From Octopus vulgaris (taxonomy: Eukaryota): a stretch of 64,000 bases of DNA. The translations under genes were made by a program, and so were the position numbers. The DNA lies in assembly GCA_951406725.2 (NCBI GenBank), contig OX597835.1:27838001-27902000 (forward strand), given 5' to 3'. Positions 51,443 to 64,000 of the stretch are shown in pieces. Under the pieces are notes generated by a model. That model had not been told where the DNA came from, ran no database searches, and worked only from the letters and a program-made list of their open reading frames with translations. How positions within the stretch are numbered: the first letter of the stretch is position 1; each line of letters begins with the position of its first letter.

Positions 51443-51544
51443 TATAGTAATAAGTACCAGCTGATTAATGGTGTTGACTAAACAGACTGGCACTGGTGTC
51501 TGTCAGGCTTTTCAAGCATGAGACTAATGAGAGAGGAACCCAAG

Positions 51545-51755
51545 ACAGCACTGGTATGGTCATGTGGTGTGAACAGATGAGGATGGCTGCATACGGAATA
51601 GTCAATCTCTAGATGTGGAGGGAACCTGAGGAAAATAAAGACCCTGGAAGATGTGAGATGCAATAGCGACAGATGATCTTCAAACTTTGACCCTCACAGA
51701 GATGACAAATGACCAAGACAATTGGGGGTATGCTGTGCTTGAGAAGACCTGCCCA
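51545..51755 (+). pseudogene. RTE-clade LINE ORF C-terminus relic
   Basis: WYGHVV*TDEDGCI...VEGT*GK*RPWK...DQDNWGYAVLEKT. Confidence 0.75.
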
Positions 51756-51994
51756 GTTACGTAAAAGCCAGTATGTAAAGCTGTCCTTTATGCCCATGGC
51801 CCCTACTCCATCCACAAGCCATCGTTCTGACACCTACCCACCCTCAGTCATACTTTCCACTGCTATACTCTCCCTCCCTTTTCACTCTACTTCTTGTACC
51901 TATCTGTACCTATTCTTGCACCCAATATATCCCTGTTGAATCACTCCCCACAACATACCCTAATCCTCCCTCTGTCTACTTATGCCTCATGTAA

Positions 51995-52425
51995 GAATCA
52001 GCAACCATAATCTGAAAGATATTGAAGAATTTGTTTACCTCGGGGTGAATGGCCAAGAAATACAGAGGCAGAGTGGAGGATGTAAAGAACAGGATATCCA
52101 AAGCCCGGAGAACATTTTACCATCTAACAAAGGTATGGAGGAGCAGAAGTACAGGACGCAAAACAAGGCTGAAGCTGTTCAAGACATTGGACTGGCCAGT
52201 TTTACTCTACGGATGTGAAAACTGGAATGTGAGGAAAATGGAAGAAAAACACAACGGAGAACTTCCCATTCACATGCTTAAGGATAACCCTAATACTCAA
52301 CGTCAAGTGGCTGCAAAGAGCTTGACACAACACAGTTGAGATGATGAAGGGCATCAACAGGATCAGTGATGAAATAAGACACAAACACCGGAACTGGACG
52401 GGACACGTCCTCAGACAAGATCCAA
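51995..52425 (+). pseudogene. RTE-clade LINE ORF relic (post-RT region)
   Basis: IEEFVYLG / DVKNRISKARRTF...TRLKLFKTLDWPVLLYGCENW / WTGHVLR, with frameshifts. Confidence 0.85.
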
Positions 52426-52452
52426 GATCGAGAAAGCGGTTGTATGGTGGCA

Positions 52453-52968
52453 TTAGTCTTTTAGCATTTAAACTGGCCATATCCGGCCAAAAGTAATTCT
52501 GCTTGTTTTATGTTCAAACTGGCCATATCTGATCTCTCAGACCAACCCTACAATATCGTTTTAAAAATCTCATCAAAATCTCATAATTACAAGATAATGC
52601 ATCATCATCATCATCATCATCATCGTTTAGCGTCCGCTTTCCATGCTAGCATGGGTTGGACGGTTCAATTGGGGTCTGGGAAGCCAGAAGGCTGCACCAG
52701 GCCCAGTCTGACCTGGCAATGTTTCTACGGCTGGATGCCCTTCCTAACGCCAACCACTCCGTGAGTGTAGTGGTTGCTTTTTATGTGCCACTGGCATAGG
52801 TGCCAGACGAGGCTGGCAAACGGCCACGATCGGATGGTCCTTTTTACGTGCCACCAGCACGGGTGCTTTTTATGTGCCACCGCGATTAGTGCCAGCATGA
52901 TTAGTTCAAAACAATGTGGATAAAAAAGCATTAGTTTTGGCAGAATAATGTGAACACTAAAGGGTTAA
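52453..52968. mobile_element. Second TTAA-type MITE family (CCCTTTAGCATT ends) with a nested family B element
   Basis: Ends ...CTAAAGGG|TTAA. Homologous fragments at ~17790-17925, 25960-26280 and 44100-44270. Confidence 0.6.
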
Positions 52969-55052
52969 AGTGACAGCCTGAGGGAGAAAGAACAGCAGGG
53001 GACTCTAAAACCACATGTTCAAGGACCATTGATAAGGAAAAGAGATGAGAAAAGTGGAGAAGCTGGAATGAGAACGGGACAGTGGCAGAAAACAGTGCAG
53101 ATTGGAGAGATCATGCCACATAAAAAGCACCTGTGTGAGTCCCAGGTAAAAATAAAAACACAGGGGCTAATGCAGAATCTGATGGGCTCAAAGACTGCAT
53201 TGTACTCCAATGTCTACTTTGATATGATTTCTGCAGCTGGGTGTCCTTGCTAATGCTAACCTCTTTACAGTGGTGCACTGGATACTTATTTCATGCTACC
53301 AGCTCAAATGAGGTTGTCATGCAAGACTGCAAACCTGTGGTTGGGAGGAACTTTATGCTAGGAGATGAGGTGGGTAAAGATGGGTAAATATATGAGAGAA
53401 GGGGCCAGAGCAGGACAGGTTTCTTGCTGTAGAGGAACTACATGACTACTCGCATACATAATCACTGGATCAACAAAGGAGTAAATATTTAGAGCACTTT
53501 TATTTACTAGAAATAGCAGCCAAGTCTCATTCAAATAACACTCTACCAGCTGAAGGTCACGTTGGACAATCTACTCCTTAATACATGCATGCACACACAT
53601 ACACACACAAATACATACACACACACACACACAGAAACGGGATGGTTGCAACTTGAGCACATTTGATCAATGGCCTACTTGATTAGGGAATGACAAATTG
53701 CACATTCAAATTTATAGGAAACCATTCTGACCACTAAAAAGATAAGTATCTAAAATGGTAAAATGGGAATATTTTACGAAAATTCCGTTCTAGAAATTTT
53801 GGTTCGGAAATGATAAGCTGTAGTATAAATGTGAACATAACCAATTTCTGGAAGTGCAAAGCGCCGACGAAAAGTATTTGATGGAGAACTATTTTCATTT
53901 ACTTCAAAGACAGCTTTGTATCGTTCCTGAACAAAATGGATTAGAAGACAAATAATATTATTTATATGGGAGAAATGTAAACAATATTAATGAAAACCGT
54001 TACAGTGATTCCAAAAGAGGAACCTCGAGGAATTTTATGTAACAATTGCTGTCTTTGATAGGATTCACTGAAAAGTTAGAACGTAGTAGTTTTGGAAATT
54101 AGTCCGGACAATGAATAGAGTAGAGAAAATATCCTACAGCTAGCTTTTCTAAAGTATGTATGAATGTTAAGCACTGGTGTGATATTTTTATGATAGTTCT
54201 TTGTAATGAAGGCCATTTAATGGTAATGATGGGGTTAACAATGGTCTCTTAAAACAAAAGCTTTCAAGATGGTTACAAACAGGAGCGTAAATTCTGCTAA
54301 TACAATACATTCTGGACTACATATGCTACCCATCATTGCCTTGGAGAATTTAATTAGGATAATCTACAAGAGATAGCAACAAGAGACACAACAGAACTAC
54401 AATCTGTGGAAACGGCAATTTGTAATTCTGTCAGAAACACTGTTCTTTGTTCTAGTCCAACACAGATACCATAAGAGTAGTATCCCTCAATGTGAGTTCT
54501 TATGAATTCCAGGGCTCTGTCAAAGGAATTCTGGGGTTCTGTAAGATAAGGATTCTTTTAAAAAATTTCAGTAAAAATGCATTAATTATATAAAAAAAAA
54601 GTATTAATTATTTTTGTATTATATATCTGCTTTTATCTTTTATCTCTTGCTTCTTTCAGTCATTGGACTGTGGCCATGCTGGGGCACTGCCATGAAGAGT
54701 TTTAGTTGGAGAAATTAATCCAGGTACTTATATTTTTAAAATCTGGTACTTACTCTATCAGTCTCTTTTGCCAAACCACTAAATCAGGAGGACATAAACA
54801 AACCAATGCCATTTGTCACACAGTGGTGGAGGAGAAACATGAAGAGAAAGACACTCGCACACACACACACATACATATACACACACGTGGTTGTGTGGTA
54901 AGAAGCTTGCTTCCCAACCACATGGCTCCAGTTTCAGTCCCACTGCATGACACCTTGGGCAAGTCACTTCTACTACAATGACAAGCCAACCAAAGCCTTG
55001 TGAGTTGATTTGGTAGATGGAAACTGAAAGAACCCCGTTGTATCTCTATCTA

Positions 55053-55111
<59 letters not shown>

Positions 55112-55113
<2 letters not shown>

Positions 55114-55408
55114 AGGCACAATGGCCTAGTGGTTAGGGCAGCGCACTCGCGGTCGCAGGATCGCGGTTTCGATTCCCAGACTGGGCGTTGTGAGTGTTTA
55201 TTGAGCGAAAACACCTAAAGCTCCACGAGGCTCCGGCAGGGGATGGTGATCCCTGCTGTACTCTTTCACCACTCTTTCTCCCACTCTTTCTTCTGTTAGC
55301 CTGCACGCTTAGCCAGCGGGGTGGAGTCATTCGAAAGGCTAAAACAATGCGAACGCATTGTGACCAGCGATGTGTAACAACATCTGATGGTCTGGTCGGT
55401 CATGTGAT

Positions 55409-55415
<7 letters not shown>
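55112..55415 (+). mobile_element. tRNA-derived SINE family D inserted in (TA)n
   Basis: GGAGGCACAATGGCCTAGTGGTTAGGGC...GTTTCGATTCCC; its 3' part matches 63430-63565 (-). Confidence 0.82.
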
Positions 55416-55460
<45 letters not shown>

Positions 55461-56361
55461 CTATGTGTGTATCTGTGTTCTTACGACCATGAGTCTGCTG
55501 CCCTAACCACTGGGCCATTGTGCCTCCACTGCTGCTGTCATTGTCATTATTATCATCATTGTCATCATCATCATCATGTTGGCATGAATGGCATGGCCGG
55601 AACAAGGCCAGGGGCTGCACCGGGTTCCATAGTTTATTTTGCTTTGGTTTCTACAGTGGGATGCCCTTCCTAATGCCAACCCTTTTACAGAGTTTACTCG
55701 GTGCTTTTTACATGGCACCATCAGCAGTGCTTTTTTACATGGCTCCAGCGCCCACACCAATCCTTTTTATGTGGCACCTTGGTTTCAGGATAGCAATGAT
55801 ATCGCATGAAGCTTATACAGCTGTAACATGCTATATTATTTATAACACATTGTATACATACAGCTGCAATTTACATGGTACCTTCACTCATGCTTGTGGC
55901 ACAAAAAAAAAAAAAAAATCACCCAGTACATTCTGTAAGATGGCTGGCATTAGGAAGTGCATCGAACCATACAAATTGTGACAAACATGTTTCACCCATG
56001 CTGGTTCCATGTAAAAAGCAGCCAGTAAACTCTGTAAAGTGGCTGGCATTAGGAAGGGCACCCAACCATAACAATCATGCTGAAGATGACACTGAAGCTC
56101 AATGCAGCCCCCAAAGCTTTCTAGTTCCTTGTCAAGCTGTCCAACCCATGCCTGCATGGAAAGCAGATATTAATTAATGATGATGATGAGACACACACAC
56201 TGAGACACACACACTTGCAACCATAAACACTCACACACACTCATCATTATCATTCACTTGCACCCATGTGCCTCTCTAAGACACAGTCATAGCAAATAGA
56301 AACAGAGTTATTTATATAAAAGGACTTTCTCATTCTCTTCTTTCTCAACAGTAATGATATA

Positions 56362-56758
56362 GTTAGGTTAATTTTTTGGCTCAAAAAGCAAAAAGCAAGG
56401 CCATGTAGGGGGACATGGAGTTATGTACAGGGTGGTGTTCATGTAAAGAGTTCAGGCCACTTGTGGTCAAGGGAGACTTTGAACCGAGCGGTCACCGGCA
56501 CCTATCTCGTCCGGCAGCTTATTCCACGGATCCACAACCCAGACGGAGAAAACCCCTCTCCTTCGATTGAGATGAAATCGTTGCAGATAGAGCTTTTCGA
56601 AGTGACCCTGCAGCCGGCGATCTGGAGCAGGAGTGAAGAACAGCTCTTTTGAGAGGTTACACTTTCCGCTTATGATGTTGTGAGCATGAATGAGATCACC
56701 ACGGCGTCGTCGTTTTTCTAGAGAATAAAAGTCGAGCATCTTCAGCCTTTCTTCATAG
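56362..56758 (-). pseudogene. CR1-clade LINE 3' end
   Basis: YEERLKMLDFYSLEKRRRRGDLI...RRGVFSVWVVDPWNKLP, the typical CR1 C-terminal LxxRRxRGDLI and RVVxxWNxLP motifs, followed by a short 3' UTR. Confidence 0.85.
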
Positions 56759-57377
56759 AAGCAACTCGCCAGTCAATGAGGGAGCCTCTACATAGGTACC
56801 CAACCTGCTAGAAAAAGCAACCGAATCTCCCTCAAATCACAAGAACAGACACACTGGATAATAAAATAGCCCTAGACGCATTATTTCTAAGTAGGACTGA
56901 ATTGTCGTGGTTGGAAAATCCTTTGATTATAAGTTCACGCTCAAACAGGTTTAACCAGGGGCTAAACAACATCAGCATAAGCAATTCTAAATACAGACAT
57001 TCTTGCACAAGAAACACCCGCCAAGATATCCGATGCGCAATTCTCGTCTAGCATCACCATCGCCCACCACACAAGCTTAGTGAGAGAGGCTTAGAAGCTA
57101 AACATTTGTAGGAGGTTTTCTGCAAGAAATAGGAGCCAAATCTTCCTCAATCCACAATTTTACTGTTTTGAACCTTTTAACAGCAAATTTAAATTTCATA
57201 GTTATTCAAGTAATGATGCCAAATATCTACCAAAAATTAGAATTGATATTTTCTGCAAGTCACATTGCCTTAATAAACCTGACATATCTCAAGAAAAATA
57301 GTTCCAAACATGACATTCCTCAATGAAAGATATATAGTTAAGGGTAAAGAAATCTTGAATGGATATATCTGATTTCC

Positions 57378-58381
57378 AGGCATGGCTGTGTGGGAAGGAG
57401 CTTGCTTCCCAACCACATGGATCTGGGTTCAGTCCCATTGCATGGCACCTTGGACAAGTGGCTTCTACTATAACCTTGGGCTTACCAAAACCTTATAACT
57501 GGATTTGGTAGACGGAAACTGAAAGAAGCCTGACAAATATATAAATGAATATATATCAACATGTGTATCTTTATGTCTGTATTTGTCCCCACATCATTAC
57601 TGGTGTTGGTGTGTTTACGTCCCCCCGTAACTTAGCAGTTCAGCAAAAGAGACAGATAGAATAAGTACTAGACTTTAACAAAAAAAAAAGTCCTGGAGGT
57701 GATTCGTTCGACTAAAATCCTTCGAAGTGGTGCTCCAGCATGGCCACAGTCAAATGACTGGAATAAGTAAAAGAATATCAGAGAAAATAATAAAAGGGTT
57801 AACCAGTTAAAACAATATACACATTTTTGAGTCATGGTTGCTTGGTTTGCTAGAAATGCCAGCCAAATCTCCCTCCAACCATACCTAGTGGCTTTAACTG
57901 TGAAATTCAATTTCATGGTCATTCCGGTATTGTTATTAAATGGCATGGGTATTTTCTCCAAATCATGCTGCCTCAATAAACTTCTTTTATTTGTTTCAGT
58001 CATTTGACTGCAGCCATGCTGGAGCACCACCTTTAGTTGAGGAAATCGACCCCAGAATTTATTCTTTGTAAGCCTACTACTTATTCTATTGTTCTCTTTT
58101 GCTGAACTGTTAAGTGACGGGGAACGTAAACACACCAACATCAGTTGTCAGGCGATGTTGTGGGGACAAACACAGACACACAAACATACACACACACACA
58201 TATATATACATACACATGATGGGCTTCTTTCAGTTTCCATCTATCAAATTCATGCACAAGGCTTCGGTTGGTCCGAGGCTATAGTAGAAGACACTTGCCC
58301 AAGGTGCCATGTTGTGGGACTGAACCCAGAACCATGTGATTGGTAAGCAAGCTAGTTACCACACAGTCACTCCTGCACCTA
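57378..58381. mobile_element. Tail-to-tail inverted pair of SINE family A (57378-57775 +, 57983-58381 -)
   Basis: Two near-full-length copies about 205 bp apart. Confidence 0.82.
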
Positions 58382-59602
58382 TCTCAACGAAAAATAATTT
58401 CAAAGATGACATTCCTCAATGGAAGATAGATAGCTATATAAAACTGCTTTCCGCAGTTAAGAAAAATAAAATTTTGAGTGGATAATTCTAATTTCTGTAG
58501 TAAATAAAATTTTCTTTAAAAATCAGGACACATTATGTAGACTAGTTTTAGATACTCTGTTTCAATGAAAAGAACAAGAAGGAGATGGTCATGGTCGGAA
58601 CAGTTTCGATCACGAGTCTTCTTGATCGTTGCTGATGTGCTGCTATATAATAAGGTAACTTATTTCTACTTTCATTTCACTATTTGAGTTAACTGTGTTG
58701 GAGTTGGCAGTGATGCAAAACTGCTGGGGCTGCTACTACAGCTGCTATGACTGCTACTGCTGCTGCTGCTGCTACATCCGCTGCTGCTACTATATCCGCT
58801 GCTACTAATTTCAGCTTGCTTCTGTTTGTGTCAAGTGTCTGGAGGTGGGAAGAAACAACTTGATTGATTTATTTTCTAATATCGCTTGTGATTCTGTGAC
58901 ATGGAATAGGTGAAGGGATTGTTGTATTTGAAGAAAGAGGGAATAAAAGGAACAAAAAAAAAAAGAAACCAAAAAAAAAAATTGGTAAACGGTAAAAGAT
59001 TCCGGAGACCTGGTGGAAACAAGTTTTTATTGTTGTCAGCATCGGCGGCATCACTGTCGTTAGTGCTGTTGTTGTCGTTGTTGTACGAAGAATACAGGCG
59101 CATCGCTTTGAACTCCACGCTCTTTTGTATGACACAAATAATAACAAGCCAAGAAGTCTCTGTGTAGTTTCTCTCTATCGACCGGCTAGAAGTAGCAGCT
59201 AATATTCCTCAAATCACACCTGACTGTTTTAAAAAAAAGAAGGAAAGGAAAATGTGGTGGAGAGGTGCGAGGACATTCGGATGATGCAGTCCAACCGAGA
59301 TAGCTCTGTCTTTGTCTGAAAATATAAGACAGAGTATCCTGTCTTGACAGGAACATCTTTGATTTATAGATCTGCTTGATAAGGACAGGACTGACCTTAA
59401 GGTTAAACAGTAACGGCAACAAATGATATGAGCCAACATGGGAACCTCTACATCAAAGGTTCTTAACCATTTTTTACCTATGGGCCCCTTTAATTTCTAT
59501 TTGCTCAGGTGGGCCTTCATAACCATTTGTGTAATCAAATATTATTAGGAATTGTATAAAAAAATGTTAAGATATTTTGAGCAGTGTAGAAGAATAACTA
59601 AT

Positions 59603-60650
59603 CAGTCATTGGACTGTGGCCATGCTGGAGCACCACATTTAGTCAAGCAAATTGACCCCAGGACTTATTTTTTGTAAACATAGTACTTATTCTATCGGTC
59701 CCTTTTGCCTAACCGCTAAGTTATGGGGATGTAAACACACCAGCATCGGTTGTCAAGTGATGGTGGGGGGACAAATATAGACACACAATCATAAACACAC
59801 ACACACACACATGACAGGCTTCTTTCAGTTTCCATCTACCAAATCCACTCGCAAGGCTTTGGTTGGCCTGAGGCTATAGTAGAAGACACCTGCCTAATAT
59901 GCTACGCAGTAGAACTGAACATCAGCCAAATTAGGGTTCTACTATAACCCCAGGACAACCAAAACCTTGTGAGAGGATTTGGTTGATGGAAACCGAATGA
60001 AACTTGTTGTGTGTGTGTTCTTTTTGTTTGTCCTCCACCACTGCTTGACAACTGGTATTGGTTTATTTATGTCCCCATGACTTAGTTGTTTGGTGAAAAG
60101 ATGCCAACAGAATAAGTTGGTTGGTAAGCAAGCTACTTACCATGCAGCCACTCCTGTTTGAAATATTTTAAGGACCTCACTCAAGCCTGGATAAACCATG
60201 AAGACTCCATGGCTGCGTGGTTACTTCTCAAACCACATGGTTTCAGGTTCAATCCCACTACACAGCACTTCTACTATTATTCCGGACCAACCAATGACTT
60301 GTAACTGAATTTGGTTGACAGAAACTGTAAGAAGCCTGCCATAAATATATATGACAGCGATGATGATACACCCATGCTGGTATGGAAGGCAGACATTAAA
60401 TGATGATGATGATATATCTATCTACATGTGTGTGTCTTTATGTTTGTGCTTGTCCTCCACCATCACTCGACAACTGGTGGGGCAGGTGTATTTATATCCC
60501 CAAAACTTAGCAGTTTGGCCAAAGAGACTGATAGAATAAGCACTAGGCTTTTAAAAAACAAGTCCTGAGGTCGATTTGTTTGACTAAAGCACCTTCAAGG
60601 TGGTGCTCCAGCATGGCAACAATCAAGTGACTGAAACAAGTAGAAGATAA
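59603..60650. mobile_element. Cluster of SINE family A fragments in mixed orientation
   Basis: 59603-59919 (-), ~59930-60120 (+), ~60210-60650 (+). Confidence 0.7.
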
Positions 60651-62030
60651 AAGATATATATGTATACACACACACACAGAGTTATATACTTCTGTATATA
60701 GTATATGCATACATAAAGAAAGAAGGTTTTTCAAATGCCGTACGACGCAAAGTGAAAGTGAAGGACTTCTTATGAAGATGCTTTGTATATACATGCAGTG
60801 CCCCAGCATGACCACAGCCTCAAGGCTGAAACATATAAAAGAATAAAAGAATACATATAAATATATATATATGTCCTACACTCATGGAGTGGTTGGCGTT
60901 AGGAAGGGCATCCAGCTGTAGAAACATTGCCAAATCAGACTGGAGCCTGGTGCAGCCTTCTGGCTTCCCAGACCCCAGTTGCACCATCCAACCCATGCCA
61001 GCATGGAAAGCGGACGCTAAACGATGATGATGATGATGATGATGGTGTGTGTGTGTGTGTACATACAAACAGACATACATACATGCAAGAATATGAGACA
61101 GAGACAGGTAGAGAGGGAGAAAGAGGAAGAGAGAGAGACAGAGAACCTGCGTGAAATCATTTTTTATGCTGACACAGCTTGAAAAACAGCACTCTTTGTT
61201 TATATCTTTATGCTTTATAACTTAGCAGTTTGACAAACAGAAATCAATAATGTGACTGACTTAAAAAAATTTAGTGCTGGAGTCAATACGATCAGGCAAA
61301 ACCTAATAGTGCAGTGCTACATCATGGCCACAACCCAATAACGAGAGCAAGGAATGGAATAAGAGATTAAAAGAATCTTCCAAACAGAACTATTGTGTTG
61401 AGTTTATCCTCTTGAAAAAGACAACTGATTGAGCGAAAATATATATATATATTTTTTTTTTCTGGGTCTTACTAAATCATCAATTCTCAATTTTAATTTA
61501 TTATAAATACCACAAATTCTTAAGATGTCACTCTTAGGAAGAGAAACCATATCAATGTTGTATCTTCATGAAGTCTTAGTAAAACACACACACACACACA
61601 CACACACAAGTGTCAGGGATACAAAAGATAACAAAAAACTCCATTTCTTCAAAATCTTTTTTCTATAAAAAAAACAAACAATCGTGATGTTGATTCAGTA
61701 TATATATATTATATATATACACACACATACATATACACATATGAAGACATACATACATATACAGATATATATAGGCATACATACACACATACACATATAT
61801 ATAGACATACATACACACATACACATATATATAGACATACATACACACATACACATATATATAGACATACATACACACATACATATACACATATATAGAC
61901 ATACATACATATACACATATATATAGACATACTTACATATACACACATATATATATACATACATACACACATATATAGACATACATATATATATAGACAT
62001 GCATACATACACATATATACACATATATAG

Positions 62031-62081
<51 letters not shown>

Positions 62082-62792
62082 TGCATACATATATATAGAC
62101 ATGCATACATATATATATATATATATATATACACATACATACACATACACACATGTCCACGCAATTACATACACACACACACACACACATATATATCTAT
62201 ATATGCATACATGTATGTATGCACATATATATTTTTTCCCTATTAATGACCACAAGCAACAATTTCAGACATAACTCCAAATACAAAAAAAATGTATGTA
62301 TGTATATGTGTGTGTGTGTGTGTGCACACGCGGCGCACGCACGTTATATACAGTTTTTACAATTCTCATAGTGTTTGATTTTTATCAGAGATATTCTATT
62401 ATTTATTATTATTATTATCATTCATTCAATACTGTTCGGAGATGCTATCGTATTCGACTTAAGTAATGCAAACATCATGTGACTAAACAGCTGGTGTACC
62501 ACAAAGGAACTTTCCTGAGTCGGTGAGCGAAGAAGAAGAAATATAGGTTAAAGAACGACGCTTAGCACACGCTACAGACATTTCAAGCTTTGCTCTCTTT
62601 CTTTCTCTCTCTCTCTCTCTCTCTTTCCACCTCAGTCACACGTCAATAATTATTTCAAAATATGTATATTTTATTAATTTAGCCTACATAACGAGATAAA
62701 AAAAACAAAACTGATATTAAAACATTCGTTGTAATTTCATGTGTTTGTTTTGATTCTTTTTTTTTATTCTATAACTTGTTCCGGTGATCTTA

Positions 62793-63223
62793 GTTGTGGC
62801 CATGCTGGAGCACCGCCTTTTTTTAGTTGAACAAATCGACCGCAGGACTTATTCTTCGTAAGCCTAGTACTTATTCTATCGGCCTCTTTTGCTGAACTGC
62901 TGAGTGACGAGAATGCAAACACACCAACATCGGTTGTCGAGCGATGGAGAGAGACAAACACACACATACATATACATATATATACATACATACATATATA
63001 TACATACATACATACATATATACATACATACATACATACATATATATATATACATACATACATACATATATATACATACATACATACATATATATACATA
63101 CATACATACATATATATACATACATACATACATATATATACATACATACATACATATATATACATACATACATACATATATATACATACATACATATATA
63201 TACATACATACATACATACATAT

Positions 63224-63257
<34 letters not shown>

Positions 63258-63420
63258 ATATATATGTATATGTATACATACACACAGCAGGCTTCTTTCA
63301 GTTTCTGTCAACCAAATCCACTCGCAAGGCTTTGGTCGGCCCAAGGCTATAGTAGAAGACACTTGCCCAAGGTGCCATGCAGTGGGAATGAACCTGGAAC
63401 CATGTGGTTGGGAGCAAGCT
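62793..63420 (-). mobile_element. SINE family A with an expanded (TACA/TA)n centre
   Basis: Body 62793-62960, ~320-bp microsatellite, head 63288-63420. Confidence 0.82.
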
Positions 63421-64000
63421 TATCATTTCATTTCCCACATATATAACTAACCACATGATCGACCAGACTATTGGATGTTGTTATAAATCGCTGATCACAA
63501 TGTGCTTTTTGCATCATTTTAGCTTTTGAATGACACCACCCCACTGGCTAAGCAAGCAGGCCAACGTCCACCTTGATCGGAAGGCTATTCCATCGCAGGG
63601 TTATCCACTTAGAGCTAAGTGGACTGGTGCAACATCCACTTGGTCTGGGGATTGAACCCATGATTCAGCAAATGTGAGTGCAACACTAACTAACCGCTAA
63701 GAATGCACATCATCATCGTTGTCGTTATTGTTTAATGTCAAGTTGGACAGTTGGACAGAAGCTGGCCAGACAGAAAACTACACCAGACATCTATGTCTGT
63801 TTTGGCATGGTTTTTACAGCTGGATGCCCTTCCTAACACCCAATACCCTGCAGAGTGGACTGGGTGCTTTTTACGCAGCACCAGCACTGCGCCTTCCTAC
63901 AAGTTGTTAATGCTGATAGTATATCCAGCACCATGATAGTGGATCTACAGCAAAAACTATCTCCTGTTTTAATAACGCTACAAATTCTCCAGCTCCCAAT

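Noticed and set aside
58700-59160. Alternative first exon or promoter (GCT repeats, a few CpGs)
   Set aside because: No convincing ATG-donor in frame with the C2A exon, and no promoter signal can be supported from sequence alone.

Overview
This is AT-rich, repeat-saturated animal genomic DNA. The SINE and microsatellite repertoire looks like a coleoid cephalopod, probably Octopus (inference; no search run). The window appears to lie inside one minus-strand gene, unc-13/Munc13. I found two consecutive C2A-domain coding exons: 34001-34100 (100 nt) and 72-189 (118 nt), with canonical AG/GT ends and matching phase, separated by a 33.8 kb intron. The expected tiny upstream exons were not found in 34101-64000. 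The rest is intronic: several tRNA-headed SINE families, many 5'-truncated RTE-LINE 3' ends, RTE/CR1/CRE ORF relics, a non-autonomous Helitron, a Helentron-type element, hAT/mariner/piggyBac-type MITEs, and mini- and microsatellites. Nearly all ORFs in the supplied track are repeat artefacts. The main unexpected signal is four unrelated short repeat families, each carrying a minimal type-I hammerhead ribozyme motif of the kind known from Penelope-like elements. They are (1) a 139-bp near-perfect inverted repeat with two outward-facing intact hammerheads, (2) a tRNA-headed SINE with a hammerhead in its tail, (3) a family with an A6->U core variant, and (4) a family with a compensatory U3-A8 core. 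Structures were folded by eye and catalytic activity is untested. Repeat boundaries are approximate unless a TSD or TIR is quoted.
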